A DNA stretch of 64,000 nt. Source: Anthoceros angustus. Its lineage: Eukaryota > Plantae > Anthocerotophyta. The notes below the pieces were generated by a model. That model was given only the letters and a program-made list of their open reading frames with translations. It searched no databases and was not told the DNA's origin. The DNA lies in the NCBI GenBank assembly GCA_010909165.1, contig VJWM01000313.1:1-64000 (forward strand). The letters are read 5' to 3'. This document shows, piece after piece, positions 48,400 to 60,900 of this stretch. Both the position numbers and the translations under genes were made by a program. Each line of letters opens with the position of its first letter. Position 1 is the first letter of the stretch.

Positions 48400-51300
48400 G
48401 GGCTGGTTGCCCAAACTTTTCGTTCCACATACTCCCCACCTCACTGTTTGCGTCCTAACAACAGGCCTCAGTTGAAGGTACTTCTTGACCTTCCACCCAT
48501 TCTCGGTAATTCGCCACTGCGAGTTGCAGATCCATTCTGTATCTGCGACCACCTAGGTCCCATCCATCTTAGCCTAAGCTTCCTGGAAAGTCTAGGTAAC
48601 TATCATATAGAAGAACCAAATCCCGTCCACGATAGTCTCTTGCTTCCTCAACCTCCCATCATGCATCTTTTACGAGTTCACGAATCCATGGGTTTCTTCT
48701 AAAGCATCCTCCCTCGTTCCTCTGCTCTATGAAGCGATTCTAGTCTAGCTACAGCTATCCTCTGTCATCGTTCATCCTCCATGATCCTGTAGGTAGGTAC
48801 TTCAAATTCCACGGGCATCACGGAGACATGCCATATGTTAGATAATAAGGGTCTTCTTGGTGGTTACCTTCTCCATGTCTGTAGGCCACGTCTTGAATGC
48901 AACTTAGCATCCCAATCATACATGTGTCGATTACCTTGGTGAGGATTGTGCAGCAACCCATTCGTCTTCTCCGTCAATCCATTCGCTTTGGGGTTGTAGT
49001 CGTCTTCGATGCGAATGTTGAAGTAGGTGGTTAGGGACTCAACGAGTTGAGGAAATGTGTCCCCGTCGTGACCAACTCTAAAGGACATCCGTACCTCGTT
49101 ATGATGTTCTCGAATAAAAACTTGCTCGGTGCGTCGTCCTTCCTCTTGCTTGCTTCCACCATCTTGTACAATAATCCGTAGCCACCAAAATGTCGCTTCC
49201 TTGTCCATTGCGTTGGTGGTTTGATTCCTCTGATCGATTCCCCACTTCTCGAGCGGTGCTAACGGTAAGATGTAGGTAAGAGGCCATTGTGTGACAACGC
49301 GCCCAACCCTCGACGCATCACACCTCGGTGAACTCCCACATCCTTTTGCATCGTAGCCACCATTTCAAAATCTTCTTAGGTCACTGTGCGAATAGTGTCA
49401 CCTGCCTCTTACGCATGTAATGCCTGTGGAGTGCCTTCTTCAACCTCGAGGCATCGGATCTTTATCGTCGGGCCCTTGTTTATGCAGACATGCCTTCAGC
49501 GGTAGGGGCGGCTTTATGGAGAAAGACAGCCGCCTTCCCTGGACAACCATCGGCATGATTCCATGCTCCGAGGCGTACTTCACCATTCAGATATCGGGCA
49601 TGAACGCCCCTCGCGTTCTAATCTCCTCCTCCCGGGCACGTCTCCTCACCTCCGTCCGTTAGTAGCTCCGGATGGCGTGGATCCATCTCCCATCGCCTCT
49701 TGCTTCCATGCACATTCCTCGCTGCGGCCCGTTTCTCCTCCTAACAGCTGATTTCTTCCATTCTGCTGGTCTAGCCTCGTCTAGGTCCAGCTCGTGCTTC
49801 CATGGCGACCTCTTCCTTTTGCCTCCATGGTCCTCTTGGAGTGATTTCCCTGAATCATACCTCCTTCTCTGCAATTTTCAAACTTGTCATGGGATGCATC
49901 TCCTTCCTCGCCCTCTGGCGCACCACCTCCTAGGGCCTTCTCCTCCTCGCGGCCCATGGCGCTGCGCCAAGTGGGGCCTTCCGTCGCTCAGCGGTGCTCT
50001 CATGTCTTGCCTCCTTGCCAACGTGGCCTCCACTTGCAGCCCTCCGCTCACCCTTGATTCAGCCTCCTCCTTGCGCCCATGCTGGCGCCATCCTATCTCG
50101 GTTCCAGTTCTGCTGCGGCTTTTCTCACAACGCTCCCTTCTTGCTCATTTGGCCTCTGCGGCAACAAGACTTGCTGATTCTTAGGCCGTCTACAACATGC
50201 TCGTCCTCCCCTTGACCCGGGTGGCGACCAACTCCTCGTCGAAATCGATCATCGTGGCCTCAAGTCGCTCTCCGGTTTTGAGAAATCAATTCGATGTTGC
50301 TTCCACCTAGTCTACGTCGTAGTCAAACTCTTGCAGCGGTAGTACCCATCGGCAATCCTTCACGACAAATCGGCTTGTTGACAAGATACTTCACGCAAAA
50401 TGGTCAACATGAAGCGTCACCTTGCAAGCAAGCGATAGTGTCTAAACTTCTTACGAGTAAATGATACCAAGACCTCTCCGCTCCGTGGTTGAGTAGTTCT
50501 TTTCGGTCGTGACATCTACATAGAAAATCGGATGATCCGTTTCTTCTCGTCCTTAAAGCGGTCCCAATGGCATAGCGGACACATCCGTATACATGAAGCT
50601 CCGGTCTGGCGGTAAAGTTGGTGCGCTCAAGCTGTCCTTCTGAAAAGCCTCTGTCTTGCATTGGTCCATTCGAAGGTGTATCCTTCTTGGTCAATTGTGT
50701 CAACAAGGCTGCCTTCTTGGCGAAATCCTTGATGAACCTCTGTAATATCCTACCCACACAAAAGCCTTTTGCCTCACCGTTTGTGGTGCGTCCATCTCAT
50801 ATGCTACCTTCTCCTTATCTACCAATCCTCGTCTGACTCGATGTGCTAACAAAATGCCCTCCGTCATGCCAAAATAACACTTCCCGGATGAAGTTTCATG
50901 TTCGACTCTGCATTTGAAACATTGCCTCAAATGGTCTAGATGCGTTCTCCTCCAAACACGAAATCATCGGAATACCTCCATGAACTTCCTCGGAAAATCT
51001 CGGAATATCGCGTTCACCACTGGAAAGTGGCGGGGCATTACACAACCGAAGGGCTTGAATAGCGTAAGTTCCCCAATCCGTTGTGAGCGTTGTCTTGTCG
51101 ATCCTCCTCCTTGCAGTTGATTGTACCGATATCCGAAACACATCTCCAGCTCATGTCCACACCTGTCCATGAAAGGTAAAGGTGATGATCCTTCTTCGTT
51201 GCTTCATTGAGCTTCACGAAATCTTGACACGAACCTTTCCTGCTTCTTTGGTACAATCACGATGTGCGACCCACTCGTGAGCGGATAAATCACCCGCCTC

Positions 51301-52380
51301 CAAATATTGGTCGGTGATCCTTAACAACCATGGAATACTTGGGATTCGATGTATTGCTTGATCCTCATGTCTTGCCCTCCTTCAATCGATTCGATGTATC
51401 CCAGTTCTTCCGGTATTCCTGTCATGTCGGTAATCTTGAAGGCAAACACATCGACATACTCTAAAGCACTCTGAAACTCTTCTTTCTATCTCCTAGGTAC
51501 TAGAAAATCTTGACTACCTTGCTAGGTTCTAACTCTAGGTCTTCTCGCATGGGATCTACATATGTTCCTTGGGCTGCTACCTATCATTCGGATCCCTCTT
51601 AAAAATCTCGATCATAAGCTTACCCTTCCAAAAGGCTACTCCTTCTATGCCTCATCTTGACTCTTCTATGACTTCTCTATGTAAGCAGGTACACCAAATC
51701 ACTCTTTATTTGACCTCGGTGACCCGATGCTCGATCCTTTGCAGGAGCTTACCCGTGCTACAGGGTGTACCCATCGGTGGGTTGCGGACTCCCCTCATAA
51801 GGAGCCTTGCTCCATGACACAAAGCGATCGCCGCGGTCCGTTCTGGACTTGAAGGTGATGCCACTCGACCAAAATCAAAAACACACGCGTACCATACAAC
51901 CAAGGCCTACCTATCAAAACCTTATAGCCTAAATCCGAACCGCATCACAATGTAGGTAAGATGGAAGGTGAGTCCCCAATCGTGGGTACATTCTTCACCC
52001 CCAGTGGCTTTCTCCTTATGCCATCCGTAAAAATACTCGGGCGGGTGAAACTCGGTGAACCCAAGTTGATGAGTCTCCTCCGTCATCAAGTTGACTCCGA
52101 TCCGAATCTAATGGCACGTCGGGCACCAAACACCGCAATTTCAACCTCAATCTCGGGTGCCCCAAATCAATGAGTTCGACCACATTTACTCCAGGCCGTT
52201 TCTCCCTCCCCACTTGCTTGATTCCGATCGCCTCCTTCACAATTTTGCGGGATCTCGGACTCACAGCAGCAAGTGACCACAAATTCGCGGTCAAGTAATG
52301 CGTCGTGGCGATTTATCGACAAGGTTTCCTCCCGCTTGCAGCCACAGCTGGTCGATTCCGACCTTATTGGTAAAGTTCCC
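48400..52380 (-). pseudogene. Gypsy pol (INT, RH, RT, PR) of element Y
   Basis: YNPKANGLTEKTNGLL; RFIKDFAKKAALLTQLTKKD; DFVKLNEATKKD; LTTDWGTY; VPDVPLDS. Confidence 0.9.
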
Positions 52381-52399
52381 ATGATCCCCTTGGGACCCC

Positions 52400-54120
52400 T
52401 ACCGGCGGATCAACACGGCTCTCCGCCCGCTTTTGTCGGGTGAGCTTTAGCTCATCTTCCGGCCGCCCGCCGCGGTCGAGGAGCGGTTCGTTCCTCTCCT
52501 CCTTGGCCTTCCACCGCCCTTGGGGTCCCAGTAGTGCCGGCAGTGATCTGCCCTTGGTGGGTGGGCTCCGCTCCTTCTCACGCTTGACGCGCGCGTCTCG
52601 AGGCCAGGTGAGTCGTCCTCACCTTCCTCCGCTTCCTTTCCTCTGTTCACGCCGTTTTCCGCGCGGCCTTTCTCTCGGCTTGATCGGTGGTCACCTTGGC
52701 CACCATCAACCTTCATCCGCTCATCTCTCCTTCATACCCCTCTTCCACGATCCACGATGTCTGCTGGATCCAGGAATCATCCTCCACCTTCGGGGTGGTA
52801 GTCGCATGATTCGGGTTGGGCTTCTCTTCACTGCGGCTCGTGAACACGACTCTGGTCTGGTGTCACTCGCGTCACCCGCACAGGATCCCCATTTTATGTC
52901 CCAATTCCATACACGGCAAAGGGTACATAACCACTTGCCGTGGTTACGGGCATTCATTTGAGTAGTGACGGTGCTCGCAATTATAACAACACCACTGGAA
53001 TCGCCGCCCGGTGCGATGGATCGGTCTCCATTGTCCTGGCGATGTCGGTCGCGATCCATACCTTGAGGCGGTGTCGGTTGGTCGCCCTCATTGATTGAGG
53101 TGGCCGACTTCGGTGACGCTTGCACTGGTAGCTTCATCCACATACCAATAATCTCCGGCATGACGGTTTCCACATGATTTACCGCATGTCGTGGTGCGAA
53201 TACATTCCTTGGTGTGTCCGTTTGATGACAAAAAGCAATACACCAAGCGCCCGTGAGGAGATCTTCGTGGAGCTTGATTCTTCACGCTTGACCTCTAACT
53301 CGGTCAATCTCTTGGTCAAAGCCTCCACTTGTCCGCAATCCCTCCTCTGCTGCAGACGTTTCTCCCTTCTCCATCCAACGGACCGTCTTCCCCTCTCCTT
53401 CTCCAATCGCGTTCCGCCTCTTCTTGTCCTTTTGACCTTCTCCGGGTCCTTCTTCATTTCGTTCGTAGGCCTTCTCGATTCCTCATCCGATGTGGAGCTT
53501 TCTTGAGTTCACTGTCCTCACTTTGATGAGGAGGCGATGGAGGAGGTGGGGAAGACGAGGAGCTAGATCTCCTCGATCCTTTCCTCTTCTTATGACTTCG
53601 CCTCTTCTTCTTCTCCTCCCCAACTCGGCGGACTCCCATTCCTCGGCTAAGCGGAGGCCCTTACGTCTTCGTCCCGCTGCGGTGTACCTCCATTTTCGCG
53701 ACAAGCCACTCACAAACCAATCCAGCGCTTGTGAGTACCAGGTGGTGGATCTCCGGCCTCTCGGGTGCACATTTGAACTCGATCCGGATATCCATAAAAC
53801 CTCTCCACATAATCAAACAAAGATCTCGTTTCTTCCTGAAGGGTCTCAACTTTGCCAAAGTGTGGTGTGCGTGAGCCCTCGGAACCGATTCAAGAAATGC
53901 TTGAGAGCTTCCCAATGGCGCACCGAATTATAGGTGCGACCATACCCTTGTGCATGCCCTCTCGGTCCGGAAGATCGTGATCGATCGACTCCATCCTCCA
54001 AATTGCGTGGAGCTCGAAAGTTCTTACAAGCCTCGCGTCATCTCCCTTCTTCTTCGCGAATTTGACGTATTCTTTGGCGACTATGAAGTTCCTCCTCCTC
54101 CACCAACTCCACTCATGTTG
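52400..54120 (-). pseudogene. Gypsy gag with degenerate CCHC zinc knuckles
   Basis: VYCFLSSNGHTKEC (~53195-53245) and WLCTLCRV (~52915-52935); coiled-coil VEALTKRLTELEVK. Confidence 0.7.
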
Positions 54121-54985
54121 CTCGGTGTCCTGCCAACACTCTTCTCCGGGGTAAGAAACATCGGGATCCTTGAGTCGAAATCTTCTACCAGCGAGGAGTA
54201 GCGACCTCCCTCTGGTTCGTCCCAGATCAAGATCGAGATTCGATCGAGTCGTTCCGCCAAATCCTCGACCAAGCACGAAATTCCCGCTGGCGACCTGTCG
54301 TCCTGTCGATTTGGAAGATGAGGGGTGGTCTCACCGCTTTGAGAAGCAAAGCGTCGCGGGCGTTCGCGGTTGAACTCGTGCTCGGGAGGCGCCCCTTCCT
54401 TCTTTGGACACCTTCTCTTCTCGACCTCCTTCCTCTCGGCCGGTGATCTCGCCTCTTCTTCCTCCTTCTCATCCGTTCGCTCCGCGCGAGTCGGCGACTC
54501 CATCCTCCAATTAGCGTGGGAGGCGTGCTCGAAAGTTCTTACAGCGCCTCCATCTCCCTTCTTCTTCTCGAATTTGACGTATTCTTTGGAGGAATGGCGG
54601 TCCTCCTCCTCACCAACTCCACTCATGTTGCTCGCGTTGCTGCCCCAACTTCTTCTTCCCGAGGAAAGCAGATCGGGATCCTTTGAGCGAAATCTTGACC
54701 AGCGGAGTAGCGACCTCCCTTGTGGTTCGTCCCAAAATCAATTGATCGATTCGATCGACGTTCCAAATCCTCCGACCAGCACGAAATTCCCGCTCACGGC
54801 GACCTCGTCGTCGGTCGATTCATTTGGGGTGGTCTCACCGCTTTGAGAAGCAAAGCGTCGTGGCGTTCCGGCGTGCGGGTGAGTCGTGCTCGGGAGGCGC
54901 CTTCCTCGCTGGACACCAATTCTCTTCGACCTCCTTCCTCTACCGGTGATCTCGCCTCTTCCTCCAATTTCTCCGTCCGTTCACC
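53985..54985. repeat. ~510-bp tandem duplication at the gag 5' end
   Basis: 'gctcgaaagttcttaca...aatttgacgtattctttgg...caccaactccactcatgttgctc' at 54012 and 54527. Confidence 0.85.
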
Positions 54986-56549
54986 TCCGCCTTTCACAGG
55001 CGACTTCTTCCGATCGCTTTCTCTACTTCCTCCTGCGCTCGGTAGCGGCGGTGACTCTTCCCTTGATTTCTTAGGCTCGTAAATCTCTTGCGGTGACGGT
55101 GGTGACCTCTGCGTGTATCTCGAGATCGACCCTACGACATCGCAACCATCCTCATGTCCTCCAACCCACAGTGTTAAGAAGGAAGCAAACCACACCCCTT
55201 TGTCTCAACCATTCACCCCTATGACAACTTAGGCGTGGAATTCCTTCTCACAACATATGGTCGACCCTCGGTCCTTCTGAAAAACATTACGCAGCGATGG
55301 AAACCACAAAACTTCAAACTTTCAACAAGTCCCGAGCGCCAAAAATGTGGTAGGAATCGGGGCACTCCCAGGTCCTCCCACTATAGCGGCCACACTTATC
55401 CTTGTCGTCGTTGGGTTTCGTCCCATGAGACTTGTGTGAAAGTTCGAGGCCTTGTGATGCCGTCGCTACTGCAAGACACTTCTCGACCTTCTAAGCGAGC
55501 AAGGCGCCTCTACTCTCCCTCTTCGGTAATGCCCCTCGCCCCCGGATCGCCAATTCCACTAGCGACACCACAATTGCGAGTCCTGCCTCAGCGGTGAGCC
55601 TATCACGGCGAGGGACCCCAGTTCCACCGCGATTTTGTCCCTACTTCTAAGACCACTCTTCTCCACTCGGGGCGCTCTTTTACTTGCAGTTGGGATTCGT
55701 CCCTTAGGCTCTGCTGTGGCCTTCCACTAACACCTACACCTCTAATCCTCTACTCATCTCCTCATCCTCTTCCTCCTATTCTAACCTCGATTCGGGCTTC
55801 TTGGTTTCTCGCCCTTACGGCTGGCGCACAGGGTCGGCCTCCACCAGCAAGTTCTTCCTTGGGCGGTTGCTATGAGTTTGACACCGGGTGAGAACCTCCG
55901 AGTCTTTCCTGTAGTCTACCCTCAAGCCGAGAGTTCTCACAGGCATTTGCCACACACCCAAAGCAAAGCAATTTCACGGCAACCATTCACAAGGGAGCAA
56001 CTCGTTTAGGCACTTGCGTGAGCAAGTCCTCCACCAAGCACTCCGACCATGACTTCCTCTCTCTACGTGCGTTGGCTCACGGTACGAAATTCCTCTGTAA
56101 TGGCAAAGGACTCGATGGCGTGGGCGCAAGACATGATACTTTACTTTGTGAAATCCTCCTCCTCTTATAGGAGGCCTTCCACATACAACCTCCCTTGGGT
56201 GACCCCAGGTCACCTTTTCCAATTTTCTATTCCTACACTTGACATTTAAGGCACACCTAAGTCTATTGTCCTTGGTAAATTCTATTCTAGTAACTTCACC
56301 TAAGACCATCCTTTAAGGATGTCGGACATCACCTATCTTCTACAAAGCTCATTTATGGTCATTGACCATTCTAGTCCTTATCCTTGGGGTGGGCATGTCC
56401 TTGTGGATTGGCTCCCTCGCCCTCCTTTTGCTCTTGCCCTTCCCGATCTTGTCGCCTTCCTAATGTGTGGGGCAAGTACAATCTGCCCTTCCTCCATCTC
56501 CCGGCGGCGCCTCGGTTTCCTTCCAATCGCGCCCCCTCGCGGCGCCTTT

Positions 56550-58815
56550 TCTCCAGCCTCGCCTGGTCGCGCCTCATCGCACCCTACGCGGTAGTCGGAC
56601 TACGGGGTGGTGACTACCATGGTAGTGGGTCTTCCTTCTTCTCCATCGGTGATGCCTCTGGGTGGATCTCTTGCTCTTTTCCTCTTGTTTGGTTTGTCCA
56701 TACCTATCATGGAGCATCTTCAAAGTCTTCCCCCCATGTCGGATGTTCTAATCTCTTCTTGCGTTGGACTCCTCTCCTGGCCTCCCTTCCTCGTGGGGGA
56801 GGGATTCTCACCCTCCCTTCCTCAGGTCGGACCGTCCTTAGTCTCCTCCGGTGGGGTTGTCTCTCCCCACCACCTCAGTCCTCGGGGGTATACTGGACCC
56901 CCTCCTTCCATCTTGGCTCCAATCCAGCTGCGGGCTGCCCCCGGTAGTCGGACTACGGCGTGGTCAGTCTACCCGCAGTGTCTGGACTACCGTGGTAGTC
57001 ACCTGCCGTGGTAGGTGACCCCGAGGTGGGCTCCCCTCCTTGCTCTCCGCCACCCCCCTGGCGCCTCCTTCCCCTCACTCCTCAGTTCCTCGGAGTCCAT
57101 TTCATGATGGCCTCATCAAAATCGGAGGCCTCCTGCACTTATGCGGCTCCTTCGTCATCATCATGAGGACCCAATGTCCTCCTCTTGGCCAAGACTCATT
57201 GTTGGCCTTCAAAATCTATTGTGGAGGTGAGCCCCAAGCTATGATATTGCATTTGGAGATCATCAATCTCCTGGGCCACTCTCCATCCTCACACCTACCC
57301 TTGTAGGCGTCCCTTGTGGTCAATTCCCCACCTTGACATGGAGGTTACATTCTCCTCCTCACTTCCATTTGGTGGCCAATTTTGCACGAAGGGCATAGTC
57401 CAAAATCGCCTTCCTCACTACCGGCATTATGCACCACCTTCTTGTGGTACTCCTCCTCTGGACCTCCTTTGTTCCTTCGGCCATTGCTGGCAAGCCTCCT
57501 TCTCCACTTGCCTCACTTCTCGCGCTCACTCTTGCTTTGTCTTGAGCCTTTAGCTCAGCTTCTCTTCCAATTGCGGGTCCTTCTCAATTCTTCCTTCCAT
57601 GTCCGGATTTTGATGGCTTGCGTAGCCATCACTGCTCTTGGCGTCCATTCTTTGGACGCTACCTTCTCCTTCCTCTGTTTTGCCCTTTTCTCCGCCTCCG
57701 CTGGTCGGCCTCATCGCACCCTACGCGGTAGTCGGCGGACTAAGGGGTGTGACTACCTATGGTAGTTCCTTCTTCTCCATCGCTGATTGGTGGATCTTCT
57801 TGCTCTTTCTCTTGTTTGGTTTGTCCATACCATGGAGCATCTTCAAAGTTCTTCCCCCCATTGTCGGCCTACTAATCCTTGGCCTTTTTGGACTCCTCTC
57901 GGCTCCTCCTCCTCGTGGGGTGGGGAACTTCTCACCCTCCCTTCCTCGGGTCGGACCCGTCCTTAGTCTCCTCGGTGGGGTTGTCTCTCCCACCACCCTC
58001 AGCTCCTCGGGGGTATACTGCACCCCCGGCTCCTTCATCTCAGCGGCCCCGGCGACTCCCCGGCGCTCGCTGCCCTACCTAGTCAGCGGACTACGTGGTG
58101 TGTCTACCAGTAGTCTGGCACCGTGGTAGGTGGTCTCTGGTAGGTGACCCCCGAGGTGGGCTCCCCTCCTTGCTCTCCCTCACCCTTCCACTGGCGCCTC
58201 CTCCGACTCCTCAGTTCCTCGGAGTCCATTTTTGATGGCCTCATCAAAATCGGAGGCCTGGCTGCACTTTGCGGCTCCTTCATCATCATCATGAGGACCC
58301 AATGTCCTCCTCTTGGCCAACAAGACTTCATTGTTGGCCTTCAAAATCTATTGTGGAGGTGAGCCCCAAGCTATGATATTGCATTTGGAGATCATCAATC
58401 TCCGTGGCCTCTCCATCCTCACACCTACCTTGTAGGCGTCCCTTGTGGTCAATTCCCCACCTTGACATGGAGGTTACATTCTCCTCCTTGCTTCCTTGAT
58501 TTGGTGGCCAATTTTGCACGAAGGGCATAGTCACGCCCAAAATCTCCTCTTCCTCACTAGCATTATGCACCACCTTCTTGTGGTACTCCTCTTGGAACCT
58601 CCTTTGTTCCTCGATTGCTGGCAAGCCTCCTTCTCCACTTGCCAAGCATCTTCCCTCGCTCAGCTCCCTTGGTCTTGAGCCTTTAGCTCCGCTTCTCTTC
58701 CAAATTACCGGGTCCTAATTCTTCCTTCATGTCCGGATTTTGATGGCTTGATATCCACTGCTCTTCTTGGCGTCCATTTGGACCGCTACCTTCTCCTAGA
58801 GCCTCGTTTTGCCCT
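56550..58815. repeat. ~1.14-kb tandem duplication inside the 5' LTR
   Basis: 'ctggtcg.cctcatcgcaccctacgcggtagtcgg' at ~56563 and ~57701; single copy in the 3' LTRs. Confidence 0.85.
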
Positions 58816-60493
58816 TTTGCTCTTGCTCTAATTGGGCAAAATGCTCCTCCATACATCTCCATGAATCCCTTTGGGTTGTTGCCGAATGGCTCTTTCTTGT
58901 TGTGACAACCTCCCTCAGGACCTTCTCCGCCGTTGGTCACAAGGTCGGGCTTCTCCTGACCTTTTCAATTTGGCTGCCTTTCGTCGGACTCCATGGCCTC
59001 CAATTGCCATTTGGTCCTGCCTTCCTCCGGCCATGTCTTGAGATTTCACTTCTTCTTGGCATGCCCACAAGGAGGCTGCTAGTCCCTAGCCCCTTCAAAT
59101 CCACATGGTGAGTGCTTCACAAGCACTCAGCAATTCTCCTAGGGTCCTAATTCTTTCTTGGAAATCTCCAGCTCTCCTTCTGCCTCCCGGGCCATCAGGC
59201 CTTGGTCCCTCACGTCGCTCCATCCGCTCTCCTCCTCCAGCGGGATGGTGGCCTCGGCGCCCGCGGCACCTCGCTTCTCCTTCCCTTCCACCGCCGTGGC
59301 TGCACGCTGGCGTGGGGTGGCCTACAGCGGTGGCTGCTCCCCTGGTAGTCGCCTACCATGGTGGTGCGCCTACGGTGGTGCCCACCCTTGGGTGGGCGCC
59401 TCCCTGGGGTAGTGGGGTGCCTCTCAGGCACAAAGGAGATGGTGGGGACTCCCCACCCTTGGCTGTCACCCCTCCTGGTAGTCCTCTCTCATAGACTACC
59501 ATTCGGCCTTCCTCGGCGGTTCTTCTTCTCCTCTTGCTTGCTCACAGTGGGGAAAGATTCCCACTCGGCAACCTTGTTGCCTCCATCTTCTCCTCTTGCT
59601 TCTAGCATGCTTGTGGAGTCGACCTCCCGTCTTCCCAATGCAAAGGCAAAGGCCTTTCCAACCTTTGGAGATGGATGACCTCAAAGGGATGCCATGCATC
59701 TTCAAGCTCCTTGCTTGTGAGAAGTCCCTCGGTTTCCCATAAATGCACCAAATAGGTGCTAAGGTAGCAGCCTTGGCCCTTCCTCATCCACGAATTTGGC
59801 TTGAGGAGCTTCTCTCGGTGGTGGATGTAGGCCTCATACATGATGGTCCCCAATCGGCTTGGCTCCATGGAAATCTTCCACAAAAATTGGAGGAAGTTGG
59901 TCTTTGAAATAAGAGTCGTTGGTAATTTACCAACCCCAACACAATCTTTTGAAGAGCCTCCACTTGACTCCTTGATGCTCTCGGTCTTCCACCATTCTTG
60001 GCGTGGGCCTTCACTCCTCCATCCATCATGTCGAGGAACTCTGCGGGATGTCGGAGGGCGTCCTCTTCCTCCATTCGACCTTTCGAGGAGAGCAATTCGA
60101 GCTCTCTTCCTCCGGTCTTCCATACACTGTCGAATACTCTTCGGTCCAGCGAGGATCCGTTCGCATTCCTTCCGGTGCGCACTTCCGATTGATGGAGGTT
60201 GATGTAACACTCCTCAATCAATTCCAAATTGGTGTAGGCCCATTGGCGGCCATACACCCATCCTAATTGGATGTTCTCCTCCTCTGCCCACTGCCTGAAA
60301 TCGACTAAATCCCTGGGGTTGAGCTGCCCTGCAAAGCACGTAAATTGTGGCATCAAAAGCTCGCCTCCTCCTGGCGGCGTAGCCCCTGCTGCTGGCTTTT
60401 TGCCCTTTCCTTCTCGCGAGGTAGAGCCTTTGCCTGGCGGCTCCTTCCCCTTGCCTTTTCCTCCTCGAGGCATGGCGTCTTCCAACAGCTCTC

Positions 60494-60898
60494 TTGTCAT
60501 CCAACAGCTCTCAAATGAAGTGATACTTCACATCCACATGTTTAGTCTTCGCATAAAACACTGGATTCTTTGCCAATTGGATAGTACTCGGCTGTCACAA
60601 TGCAACAACGACTCAACCTTGATTCCCAAGTCTCCACTAAAGGAGCAAGCCATATGGCTTCCTTGCAAGCCTCGATTCTTTGCAACATACTCGGCCTCTG
60701 TGGTAGATAGCGTAATGCACTGCCAAGCAGAGATCGCCATGGGGCCCCCTCAATGCACAGAGACATAACGTGTGGACCTCCTTTTGTCCATATCCCCTGC
60801 ATAATCAGCATCTGTGTACCCAACCACACATGCATCTTCACTATCAAAACATATGCAGAAAGCTTTTATACCATTCAGATACCTCATAACTCCTTTTA
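60494..60898 (-). pseudogene. copia RT-end/RNase H fragment of the same family as 10847-15902
   Basis: GVMRYLNGIKAFCICFDSEDACVVGYTDADYAGDMDKRRST...ITLSTTEAEYVA...AKTKHVDVKYHFI. Confidence 0.9.
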
Positions 60899-60900
60899 CA

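Larger units (their letters stand above)
30515..51390. repeat. Tandem segmental duplication, copy B
   Basis: Collinear with 1-21150. Lacks the 8.9-kb DNA transposon; the empty site 'cgatgtatcccagttcttccgg' is at ~51382-51403. Confidence 0.93.
38575..60485 (-). mobile_element. Near-complete Ty3/gypsy element Y (3' LTR with copia, INT, RH, RT, PR, gag, PBS, truncated 5' LTR)
   Basis: LTR edges tgtggtagg at 38575 and 55346. PBS-like TGGCGCTCGGGACTT on the minus strand at 55327-55341 after ...CCACA-TTTT. Domain order gag-PR-RT-RH-INT on the minus strand. Confidence 0.85.

Noticed and set aside
55327-55341. tRNA gene, or a specific primer-tRNA assignment
   Set aside because: Only a short PBS-like TGGCGC tract; too error-prone to name the tRNA.
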